Assembly: GCA_964348935.1 (NCBI GenBank)
Contig: CAYGEJ010000007.1
Coordinates: 1-62,508, forward strand
Length of the DNA: 62,508 nucleotides
Reading direction: 5' to 3'
Source of the DNA: an uncultured Candidatus Saccharibacteria bacterium
GTDB taxonomy: Bacteria; Patescibacteriota; Doudnabacteria; UBA920
Shown here: positions 9,107-17,858 of the stretch, piece after piece
Layout of the letters: each line of letters begins with the position of its first letter
How positions within the stretch are numbered: the first letter of the stretch is position 1
The notes under the pieces: generated by a model
The model's input: the letters and a program-made list of their open reading frames with translations, nothing else
What the model was told of the DNA's origin: nothing
The model's database searches: none
Program-made: the position numbers and the translations under genes

Positions 9107-9442
9107 ATGCAAGATTGCGTATTCTGTGATATTGTCAATAAAATATTGGATTCCCAAATCTTATTTGAGAATGAAAATTTAATTGTAATTAAGGATATTT
9201 TACCTAAAGCCCCTGTGCATTTGTTGGTAATTCCCAAAAAACATATTTTAAGTGTAATTGATTTGCAAGCTGAAGATTCAGCTTTGGTAGGTGAGATGAT
9301 TTTAACCGCCAAGGATATGGCTTTAAAATATGGTGTGAATGAAACCGGCTATAAACTGGTGTTTAATGTTGGACGTGACGGCGGTCAGGTAATTCACCAT
9401 TTGCACTTACATCTTTTGGGTGGTAAGAACCTGGGAGAATAG
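9107..9442 (+). CDS. HIT-family nucleotide hydrolase (Hint/PKCI-like)
   Basis: DCVFC..., PKAPVHLLVIPKKH, GQVIHHLHLHLLGG. Confidence 0.95.
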   Translation: MQDCVFCDIVNKILDSQILFENENLIVIKDILPKAPVHLLVIPKKHILSVIDLQAEDSALVGEMILTAKDMALKYGVNETGYKLVFNVGRDGGQVIHHLHLHLLGGKNLGE

Positions 9443-9453
9443 TTTTTTAGAAT

Positions 9454-9544
9454 TTAAGAAGTACGAATTTTTACGAACTTACGAAGACACTGCAAAACAG
9501 ATGGCTTTGAATTCGTAAGTTCGTACTTTTTTCGTATTTTGTAA
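9454..9544. mobile_element. gene-less MITE-like copy of the GxxExxY element
   Basis: Left end 9454-9485 matches 25891-25922 at 29/32 nt; right end 9512-9544 resembles 26336-26367; 26-nt interior. Confidence 0.7.
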
Positions 9545-9616
9545 CAAGAGTTTGACGGAATTAGCTTATTCTGGTATAGTTTCTGCATAATCTATTTGGA
9601 AAGGGGTGTATATTTA

Positions 9617-9856
9617 ATGGTAGAAGTAAAAAAGAAAGATAACGAATCTTTTGACAGTTTATTGCGTAGATTTAACCGCAAAATTCAACAAAGCGGTGTT
9701 CTTATTCGTGCCCGTAAAACTCGTTTTTTTGAGCCCCCAAAGTCCCGTAATTTGCAAAAAGTTGCAGCTCGCAGAAGAACTCAAATAAAAGCTGAAAAGG
9801 AAGAGTTGAAGAAAATGGGCAAGCCAGTAGTAACTAAAAAATACGGCAGAAGATAG
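9617..9856 (+). CDS. rpsU: 30S ribosomal protein S21
   Basis: MVEVKKKDNESFDSLLRRFNRKIQQSG...RFFEPP. Confidence 0.92.
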   Translation: MVEVKKKDNESFDSLLRRFNRKIQQSGVLIRARKTRFFEPPKSRNLQKVAARRRTQIKAEKEELKKMGKPVVTKKYGRR

Positions 9857-9947
9857 TCCTAACATGAAGTATGGATCAGGAATTATGAATCATGGGTTTT
9901 AGACTCAATTCGTAATTCTTGATTCCTAATTCTTGAAAAATAAAATT

Positions 9948-10388
9948 ATGATTTCATTAGAACAAGTAGAAAAAGATTTGGTTTCCGCCATGAAAGCAAA
10001 GGATTCTATTGCTTTAGAAACCTTGCGTGGATTAAAAGTACGGATACAGAATGAAAAAATTTCCAAAATGAAGGACTTAAGTGAGTCTGATATTGTCGCC
10101 TTAATTAGAAGTGAAGTAAAACGCAGAAAAGAGTCAGCCCTAGCTTTTAAAGAAGGCGGTCGTCCTGAAATGGAAGAAAAGGAACTCGCTGAAGCATCGG
10201 TTTTAGAAAAATATTTACCAGCGCAAATGTCCACGGAACAACTGTCTGAGCTTATAGACAAAGCAGTTATAGAAAATAATTTTACTGCTAAAGATTTCGG
10301 TGTTGCTATGGGCAAGGTGAAAATGATTGTTGGTGACAAGGCAGACGGTGGCACAGTTGCCAAACTTTTGAAAGAAAAACTAAAATAA
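9948..10388 (+). CDS. GatB/YqeY domain protein
   Basis: AMKAKD, SEVKRRKES, YLPAQMS, DFGVAMG, ADGGTV; rpsU-yqeY synteny. Confidence 0.92.
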   Translation: MISLEQVEKDLVSAMKAKDSIALETLRGLKVRIQNEKISKMKDLSESDIVALIRSEVKRRKESALAFKEGGRPEMEEKELAEASVLEKYLPAQMSTEQLSELIDKAVIENNFTAKDFGVAMGKVKMIVGDKADGGTVAKLLKEKLK

Positions 10389-10449
10389 TTTCAGGTTTCT
10401 AGTGTCTAGTTTCTAGTCACTAACAACTCGCAACTCGCAACTAAAATAA

Positions 10450-11700
10450 ATGGCTAAAGAACAATACATTGTCGGTTTAGATATAGGTACTTCCAGTATT
10501 CGAGTTGTCCAGGCAAAGTCTGGACACCAAGATGCTGGTTTTAGTGTGATTGGTGCCAGTGAAGTGCCGTCCTTAGGGCTTCGCAAGGGTGTGATTATAG
10601 ATATTGAAGAAGCTGTTTCATCTATTTCAAGCGCTTTGGAAAAAGTGGAGCGAATGACCGGTGTGCCGGTAACTTCTGCCAATGTTTCTGTATCTGGTAA
10701 TCATATTACTTCCATTTCTTCTCACGGTGTGATTGCAGTCTCCAGGGCTGATGGGGAAATAACCGAGAATGATATTGTCCGTTGTATAGATGCTAGTCAA
10801 GCCATTTCTATTCCACAAAATAAGGAAGTTTTACATGTATTTCCAAAGCACTTTACTTTAGATGGGCAAACTGGAATTAAAGATCCATTGGGCATGAGCG
10901 GAATTCGTTTAGAGGTTGATACAATTATAGTCCAAGCGGGACTGCCTTTTATAAAAAATTTAACTCGTGCGGTTATGCAGGCGGGTTTGGAAATAGAGGA
11001 TATGGTTTTGGCTCCTTGTGCTGCAGCTGAGGCGGTGTTAAACAAACGCCAAAAAGATTTGGGAGTTTGTTTGGTGGACTTAGGTGCTGGTACTACTAGT
11101 ATTGCTGTATATGAAGAAGGGGATTTACTCCATACTATGGTTTTGCAAGTGGGAAGTATGCACATTACCAACGATATCGCCATTGGGCTCAGATGCAGTA
11201 TTGAAACAGCGGAGAAGGTTAAGCTGGCATATGGACACTGTGATCCTAAAGCTGTAGATAAAAATGAAGAAATAGATTTGTCGAAGTTTGATAGTAGCGA
11301 AGATCAGTCGGTTTTAAGGAATTACGTGGTTGAAATAATTGAGGCTCGTTTGGAAGAAATATTTAGTATGGTTAACAGTGAGCTAAAAAAAATCCAACGT
11401 GATGGCAAGCTTCCAGCTGGAATAGTCCTAACAGGTGGGGGAGCTAACCTTCCTGGGATTGTTGAATTTAGCAAAAAGCATTTACGTTTGCCTTCTATTT
11501 TGGGTAAGCCACAAAATATAAGTACTATTATAGACCGTGTTGACGACCCAGCCTTTGCTACAGTAACCGGACTTGTGCTTTGGGGTGGTAAATATGCAAG
11601 TCCACAAGGGCAAGCCCAGTTTGGGGAAGTGGTAAAGAATATTATGTCTAACGAAGGAGTTGCCAAAATGCGAAAGTGGTTTAAATCTTTTTTGCCTTAA
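10450..11700 (+). CDS. ftsA: cell division protein FtsA
   Basis: VGLDIGTS, DPLGMSGIRLEV, DLGAGTT, IIEARLEEIF, GIVLTGGGANL. Confidence 0.97.
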   Translation: MAKEQYIVGLDIGTSSIRVVQAKSGHQDAGFSVIGASEVPSLGLRKGVIIDIEEAVSSISSALEKVERMTGVPVTSANVSVSGNHITSISSHGVIAVSRADGEITENDIVRCIDASQAISIPQNKEVLHVFPKHFTLDGQTGIKDPLGMSGIRLEVDTIIVQAGLPFIKNLTRAVMQAGLEIEDMVLAPCAAAEAVLNKRQKDLGVCLVDLGAGTTSIAVYEEGDLLHTMVLQVGSMHITNDIAIGLRCSIETAEKVKLAYGHCDPKAVDKNEEIDLSKFDSSEDQSVLRNYVVEIIEARLEEIFSMVNSELKKIQRDGKLPAGIVLTGGGANLPGIVEFSKKHLRLPSILGKPQNISTIIDRVDDPAFATVTGLVLWGGKYASPQGQAQFGEVVKNIMSNEGVAKMRKWFKSFLP

Positions 11701-11851
11701 AACTTTTTATAATAAATAAATTAATTTCCTATTCTATATTTAGAATAGGATTTTTTTTGCCAAAAAAAAGAAGAGAACAAAACGGTCGGCTGGTTGGCCG
11801 AGACGCTTGTTCTCTTCAAGGTGCGCGGGAAAGCATGGTGTGCTCCTCCCG

Positions 11852-12874
11852 TTAGTAAACTATCTTAACGTTCCAGGCTCCGGCTTGCCGGAGCACGGCC
11901 TCCCAGAAGTTTTTGGAGGAATCGATCTCCGTCGAATGCGCTGCCGTTTTCGGGCAGTGCCAGGCGACATCGACTCCTTTGAGGCTCGGTACCGGCCGTT
12001 GGCTAGTGAGCTTGGTGATTACTTCGCCGTACTGTTCCTTCTTCGGCGGGTTCTTGTAGAAGTCCGCCATGGTGGAGTTTTCCAGTCCGTCGCTAAACAC
12101 GAGCACTATCCGGTTGGAAGCGCTGGTGTTTTGGGCGAGGGCATTGAACAGACCGCTGGATAGCGAGCTGGCAGGTTTACCGGCACGTTTTTCCAGTACC
12201 CATTCAATCGGAGTAATTGTCGTCGGCGTACTGCCGGTAAGCGTCTGTTCTTTGCTGTTAACAAAGAACGAGTCGCTAAGGCGGTAAGCCGTGACTTTTA
12301 CCTTGTCGCCGCGGGTCAGTATTTGGTCAACTCCTAGCCGGGCGAACTCTTCTTGGACTTGATCGACGAGCGTTTGGTTAACGCCGTCCGTGTCGTCCAC
12401 GTAGAGCTCAACGCTCCAGGTTCGCGGCCGGTAAGCCGAGAACTCGGCGAGGAGTTTTTTGTACTCCTCAATTTTATCTGCTACTTCCTGGCGCCGTTTC
12501 GGGCGGAAGGAGGAAGCAGACATTTTCTGCGGAGGAATTTGAAAAGTTTTTTTCCATTCTTCCTGGCCGCGGAAAGTTGTGGCGAACTCCTGTGTAAGCG
12601 AGTCGCCGTTGTTGAGCCGACGGACGACTTCGTCCGTAAAGATTTTTTCAATCTCCACTTTGGTAGAAGGGCTCAGAGCGTCGCGCGTCATTGGGGAGAG
12701 TTCGATGGCATGCGGCTCGCCGCTAGTGCGGAAAGCGACAAACCATACCAGCCCGCCAATTAGGGCAAGTACCGCAAATCCCACAAGGGCAAACATTGCC
12801 CAAGGGGTGTTTTTCTGTTGGCCCCGGCCGTTGATGGCGCGGGACTGGGAGGGACGAGCTGCTCGCGGGTTCAT
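11852..12874 (-). CDS. membrane-anchored hypothetical protein with a VWA-like C-terminal domain
   Basis: Single TM; VELYVDDTDG and IVLVFSDGLENS resemble MIDAS segments; ATG overlaps the upstream TGA (ATGA) after GGAGGAG. Confidence 0.7.
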   Translation of the reverse strand: MNPRAARPSQSRAINGRGQQKNTPWAMFALVGFAVLALIGGLVWFVAFRTSGEPHAIELSPMTRDALSPSTKVEIEKIFTDEVVRRLNNGDSLTQEFATTFRGQEEWKKTFQIPPQKMSASSFRPKRRQEVADKIEEYKKLLAEFSAYRPRTWSVELYVDDTDGVNQTLVDQVQEEFARLGVDQILTRGDKVKVTAYRLSDSFFVNSKEQTLTGSTPTTITPIEWVLEKRAGKPASSLSSGLFNALAQNTSASNRIVLVFSDGLENSTMADFYKNPPKKEQYGEVITKLTSQRPVPSLKGVDVAWHCPKTAAHSTEIDSSKNFWEAVLRQAGAWNVKIVY

Positions 12875-14451
12875 TTGCTCCTCCAATCAAATCGCATTGC
12901 GCCGGAGCCTACCTTGGCGGCAAACTCGGCGGAAACTTGGGCAAGAACTTTCTGTTCAATAGCAGAAAAGTCCCTAATGCGTACATTGGCAGGAAGCTCA
13001 ACTTGCGGTTGAAATTGCACGGCCTTGGCGACTAGGCTGTCGTCTTCCAAGGTGGGGACAACCTGGCTCTCAAAGAGCCGGTCGACTTGGGCAATTTTCA
13101 CCGGATCAGTGAACTCGTCGACATCAAGGTCCTTTACCCTTGCAGCAATAGAGTTCGCCGCTTCTTGGCAAAGGGTGTGAAAGCCGTTACGAACACGCCG
13201 GTAGGCGCTTCGGTATTGGCCAACTAAGGACAAGTAGTCGGATGCGATTTCTTGCCGGTTGCGGATGTCGGTTGTTACTACATCGTCCGCTTCGTTCGCG
13301 GACTTGTTGTAGGTTTCCACCAGGTTGTTACGGTCAAGGGTGTAAGGATCATTGGGATCCGGAGCAGATAGCTCATGGATAGTTGCCTCGGTATGGGCAA
13401 TTTCATCCACCAGCCATTGCCATTCATTCTGTTCACTAGCTTCGTACTTCGGCGCAAAGCGCCGCTCTATAAAATAGTAAACAAAAGCGAACACCGCCAT
13501 GCCTACACTTCCGAACACGGCGTTCCAGCCGAAGTTCTTGGTGTCAGACATTGCAGTTGCCACACGCCATGCCACCAGTCCAATGGACCAGAGCACGAGA
13601 GTGGCAGTACACCAACGGGCAGTGTTTTGTACTCCTCGGGAGCAGTTTCGAACAAAGATGAGTTTTCCTTCTTTATCTTTAAGTCCTTTGGGATACTTGC
13701 GTCGGAAGGTATCCTTAGCGTCTTGGCACGCGTCGACAATGGCGGCATTACTGCCACCAAAGTAAGACGTGAGCGCCAGAATGGCCACGGTTATAAGTGA
13801 CCAGGCAATCGCGGAAAGCGAGGAGCCCGAAAACTCAAACATGTCGTAGCCAGCCATCCCCTCAATGACAATGAGGAGAATGAAGACTAAAAAAGCCGAA
13901 GCGTAATGCGAACGATAGTTAACCGGCTGGATTCTTGCATCTGGGTCACCAGCCATAGTAATGGTGTGAATATCCAGACTCATTTCTAAATCTGGCTTTC
14001 TTTCCTCCAGTTGTTTGAGTTCCGTGATGCGTTTTTGCTCACGTACGAAACTCGCCGTGAGAACGCCGTGGAGTTGTTGTTCCAACCACGCGCCCAGCTG
14101 TTCCATTCGGCGGGTGTAAGACCCAATCAACGAGTCGGGATTGAACCCGGACATCGCCGAAGCCGCTTCGTTCTGGGTTTTAACCAGAATGTTGCAGGCG
14201 GACGATTCGAACTGTGCCCAGAGCGAAACCAACCAAGCGGCGATTTGGGAGAAAATTCCCATAAATCCCTCCTCTCGCCGAAAGCTTGAGGCAAATGCGT
14301 GAGTGCGGGATTTAAAGCCCGCGAGGCTTTTGATGAGAAACACCAACTCAATGGTTGGTATGTTTCGGGTTTCGATTTCCGGTGCCGTGTTGGCATCGGT
14401 TTCTTGCGCGGCATTGCTGCCACGCCCAAAAATGTTAAGATAGTTTTTCAT
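12871..14451 (-). CDS. multi-pass membrane/coiled-coil hypothetical protein
   Basis: Four hydrophobic helices flanked by coiled coils; start MKNYLN preceded by GGAGG. Confidence 0.75.
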   Translation of the reverse strand: MKNYLNIFGRGSNAAQETDANTAPEIETRNIPTIELVFLIKSLAGFKSRTHAFASSFRREEGFMGIFSQIAAWLVSLWAQFESSACNILVKTQNEAASAMSGFNPDSLIGSYTRRMEQLGAWLEQQLHGVLTASFVREQKRITELKQLEERKPDLEMSLDIHTITMAGDPDARIQPVNYRSHYASAFLVFILLIVIEGMAGYDMFEFSGSSLSAIAWSLITVAILALTSYFGGSNAAIVDACQDAKDTFRRKYPKGLKDKEGKLIFVRNCSRGVQNTARWCTATLVLWSIGLVAWRVATAMSDTKNFGWNAVFGSVGMAVFAFVYYFIERRFAPKYEASEQNEWQWLVDEIAHTEATIHELSAPDPNDPYTLDRNNLVETYNKSANEADDVVTTDIRNRQEIASDYLSLVGQYRSAYRRVRNGFHTLCQEAANSIAARVKDLDVDEFTDPVKIAQVDRLFESQVVPTLEDDSLVAKAVQFQPQVELPANVRIRDFSAIEQKVLAQVSAEFAAKVGSGAMRFDWRSK

Positions 14452-14640
14452 ATTGTACCTCCAGTACAATTTGTTAAAGAGCTTTGGTTTGAGAGGGTCG
14501 TTGTGTGGGCAAAGACTTAACTCTCGGAAAAAACTACTAAAATCAACAAAAACTGTGTGTAGCCACATAGCTAATATCTTCCATAAAATATGAAAATATG
14601 AGGTATTTGGGTACAACTATACATATTAAATTGACCATAT

Positions 14641-14727
14641 ATTATAGCATTTATTAGTTATTTTGTCAATATCTATACGTTTCTATATCTAAGTTATATT
14701 GACAAGTGGCCTAAAATTTGTTATAAT
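14641..14727. promoter_or_regulatory. divergent sigma70 promoters
   Basis: Minus strand TTGACA-17-TATAAT (14669 to 14641); plus strand TTGACA-17-TATAAT (14699-14727). Confidence 0.75.
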
Positions 14728-15128
14728 GTTTAGTCATTATGCACTCAGTGCCTCTAATGATAAATTGTTCTTTAAATGTATCTGTAGGAGGATATAAACG
14801 TTACTTTTAATTTAGCTATTAGCTAATAGGTGTTAGCTTATAGGAAAAACAGAAGGTAATGCGGATAGGTGTCCTTTGCGGCAGTTACTCAAAGAGTAAC
14901 TGCGAGTTAAAAGTTGAAAATATAAAGTTAAAAGGAATTTTGGTTCTCGATAATTTTGTACTATTAGACTTGCAACTTGCGACTTTTAGTCGCTGCCGCA
15001 GAGGACACCATTTAGGCGCTCCAAAGCAGGCAACCATTTGGTTGTTCTCTGGTAATTTTGATTTTTTTTGGGCTTACATAAATGTGTTAAGTTCATAACC
15101 GAAATCCAAAAACGCCCTAGGAGGCACT

Positions 15129-16523
15129 ATGTCCCGCAAGAATCTTTTCGCTATCATCGCCAGCTTCGTGCTGGCGGTCGCTCTCTACTCCCAGACCCCT
15201 TCCGGGGATTTGATCTCTGTTCCGGCGCCCGATGCGCCGGATGCCAAGAAAGAAGCTGTCCCGGCTCCGGCTCCGAACGACCCGCCTCCGGCGGGAAGCG
15301 GAGCTGTTCCTCCCCAGAATGGGGACGGAACGAAAAAAGAAGAGGCGAAGAAGGAAGAGAAGAAGGACGCCAACAAGGCTGATCCTTCTTCGTCCAGCAA
15401 GTCGGCACCTAAGGACGATAACTGGTGGCTGCCGATCATTTGGTGGTTATTGGGTGTTTCTGCAGTGTTGGGAGTGGTATGGTATTTTTTTCTGCGCAAG
15501 CGGGGGAATCATCCGGTGGACACCATTGAACCCGCTGATGAGGCTGGTGAAGCTGCCGAGCTTCCTGCTCGGTTTCGCCCGCAACCGCCTGCCCCACCTG
15601 CTGCTCACCACCTCATCCCGTTGCTTTTCTTGCTCGGGGTGAGCGCTCTGAGTTCCCAGGCTGGTACGTTCTCGGATATTTATCCGCGGATTGGTGTCCC
15701 TGGAGTCGGATACAATGTCACCCTCAAGGGTGATTTCTCTGACGTATCCCAGATTCTGTTCTGGGGCAGCACCAATACCGGCGCCAGCAAGTGGGTTCAT
15801 CTGAATTTGGATGCCCCTAAGTGCAACAGCAGCGAAATGGTTGGTCGGATTGAAATCCCGGCTGACATGAAACCGCTGTCTACACTGAGTCTTCGTCTTG
15901 TTAACCGCTCCGGCGGGAAGATGGAGTACACTGGAGTGTTTGCACTTGGCGAATCCACACAAGTGGCAATAGCGAAGTTGGGGCAGTATGTTGCTCCAAC
16001 CACTTCCACTCCGCCCACCACGCCGACCGTAGTGAACCGCACCATCTACCAGACGGACGCGGCTACCAAAACCAAGCTCACAAATGTGGACGACCGCCTG
16101 ACCAAGGCGGAAGCTGACATTAAGGTATTGAACGCTTGGTATCCCGACGTTGAAGATCTTGAAAAGGCCGTGGCAAAGGATCCGGAGCGCTTCCGGCAAC
16201 TCGTTGCCAAGTATGCCCCGGCTTCGGCACCGGCGACCACTGTCAACCTGCAGCCCGTTATGGATCGCTTAACCGTGGTTCAGAACGATCAGCACAAGTT
16301 GGCCGGTCAGGTGAACCAAATCACCACCCGCCTCGGCCACGTCGAGGATCGGTTGGTCATGGCGGAGAACCAAACCGCCGAAAACCGCGAAACCATCGCG
16401 GTGGTCGGCGCTGCGACAATCACCCGCAGCAAGAAGAATGTGTGCCAGGTCTTTCACCGTCTCATTGAGACGGCGCAGATCCACGCCGATGCCAAGCCCC
16501 CCAAGGGCTGCGACAAAAAGTAA
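15129..16523 (+). CDS. exported/membrane hypothetical protein (signal peptide, Pro-rich linkers, TM, beta-rich domain, coiled coil)
   Basis: 464-aa ORF with AGGAGG SD and GC-rich codons. Confidence 0.75.
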   Translation: MSRKNLFAIIASFVLAVALYSQTPSGDLISVPAPDAPDAKKEAVPAPAPNDPPPAGSGAVPPQNGDGTKKEEAKKEEKKDANKADPSSSSKSAPKDDNWWLPIIWWLLGVSAVLGVVWYFFLRKRGNHPVDTIEPADEAGEAAELPARFRPQPPAPPAAHHLIPLLFLLGVSALSSQAGTFSDIYPRIGVPGVGYNVTLKGDFSDVSQILFWGSTNTGASKWVHLNLDAPKCNSSEMVGRIEIPADMKPLSTLSLRLVNRSGGKMEYTGVFALGESTQVAIAKLGQYVAPTTSTPPTTPTVVNRTIYQTDAATKTKLTNVDDRLTKAEADIKVLNAWYPDVEDLEKAVAKDPERFRQLVAKYAPASAPATTVNLQPVMDRLTVVQNDQHKLAGQVNQITTRLGHVEDRLVMAENQTAENRETIAVVGAATITRSKKNVCQVFHRLIETAQIHADAKPPKGCDKK

Positions 16524-16770
16524 CGTTTAGCCCTTCGCCAAGGATGGCGGGGGATGAAAATCAACGGGAAAGGGTTTCGCATTACGCGACTCCCTTTCCC
16601 ACACTTTTTTTATAAATTGTTATGTGATATTTGAGTAATTAAGAAATTACTTTAATATTACCTAGTAATAGGTAAAAAATATTTAGGAGGAAATAGTTTA
16701 CGGTTATTTACCAAGGCTCTTTAAGAGAAATAGGTAAATTTTCGAACAAATTGTGTGTGTATTTTTCGAG

Positions 16771-16875
16771 TGTCATCCCGAATGCAACTGAGGGATCCCT
16801 TTGTTAAAAAAGTTAAGGGATTCTAAGGATGTCAAAGATCCCGACTTTACATCGGGGCACTCACTCTGAATGACG
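16771..16875. repeat. TGTCAT...ATGAC palindromic repeat element, copy 1
   Basis: Same ends and internal GGGATCC/GGATTC as the copies at 33242 and 34606; enclosed by 15-bp inverted repeats 16736-16750/16891-16905. Confidence 0.65.
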
Positions 16876-16931
16876 CAGCTACATACCCAGTTTGTTCGAA
16901 AATTTCTACTTTTCCCTTTAAGGAGTTCCAC

Positions 16932-17714
16932 ATGTCCATTACACGGATCATGCTCGCGTTGTTCTCTTTGATTGCCATCGCCACCTTTACGGTGTCGGCG
17001 CAGTCTGCTGTTAACCTCTCGTCGGACAATCGCTACAATGCCTACAAAGGCATTAAGATTGAATGGCCGTCGTCAGAACCCGACCTCACGACTTGTAAGG
17101 CAGGCGAGTACTACGAACCGCAGGCCACTAACCTGGCGCGGTTCGCCACTCCCGAAGATCGGGTGAGACTCCAGGAACATGACGAATGTACCTGGATGAT
17201 AACCACATCTGGCTGGCGCTGGGTTCTCCGGCGCGCTGGTACGAAGGTTGCGGTGGATAAAGAGGGAAGGGACTTGTACGACTTCGGTCGGGAGGATGGA
17301 AAGGTTTGCAAAAACCCACGCCCATTCTCGGTTCCTTACTTGCCACCTATCGCCGAAGCCCCCGCGCCCCCGTCGCCACCCGAGCCGTGCAACTGTCCAC
17401 CCCCCGTGGTGGTAGTGCAGGTTGAACTCCCGCCCTGGGAGCCGGCAGAACTGGTGGCTATGCCTCCCGCACCTCCACCCCCGCCCAGCTTTGACTTCCA
17501 GGCCGAACTGGTCTGGGATAAAGAGGGTAAACGGTGGTGGTGGAAGTATACTCCACTGTTCTGTGTGGACGTCCGGGCCCCAAGGGACCTGTGGCGCCCC
17601 GCGCTGTGCGCCGCGGTGGCAGCCGGAGGTTACGCTCTTGCCGGAGGTTTCTCTGGCGGAGCAACACCGCTATATAAACTCCCGGCTTTGGGGGCGAACG
17701 TCCCGGTACCGTAA
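16932..17714 (+). CDS. exported proline-rich hypothetical protein
   Basis: Signal peptide (..VSA-QS), poly-Pro tracts, AAGGAG SD. Confidence 0.7.
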   Translation: MSITRIMLALFSLIAIATFTVSAQSAVNLSSDNRYNAYKGIKIEWPSSEPDLTTCKAGEYYEPQATNLARFATPEDRVRLQEHDECTWMITTSGWRWVLRRAGTKVAVDKEGRDLYDFGREDGKVCKNPRPFSVPYLPPIAEAPAPPSPPEPCNCPPPVVVVQVELPPWEPAELVAMPPAPPPPPSFDFQAELVWDKEGKRWWWKYTPLFCVDVRAPRDLWRPALCAAVAAGGYALAGGFSGGATPLYKLPALGANVPVP

Positions 17715-17858
17715 CAATCTTTGTCCAACTAGTTTGGACGCGGTGGAGAGCTTATGCTTTCCACCGTATTTTTTTGTCTTTTTGTTATTTTTATGCTTTA
17801 ATATATGTATATTGATTAAGATATAGAAACAAAATAATTTAAAGTTTTAAATAGTCTT

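Noticed and set aside
9454..9544. CRISPR array from the TTACGAA/TTCGTAA repeats
   Set aside because: The repeats are inverted and heptameric, without regular unique spacers, and no cas genes are present.
14452..14616. N-terminal extension of the 581-aa ORF
   Set aside because: This is AT-rich leader sequence; a GGAGG SD supports the ATG at 14451.
11807..17826. Many overlapping alternative-frame and antisense ORFs in the GC-rich block, and similar ones within groEL, ftsZ and purC-purE
   Set aside because: These are shadow ORFs expected where stop codons are scarce; they have no SD or recognisable motifs.
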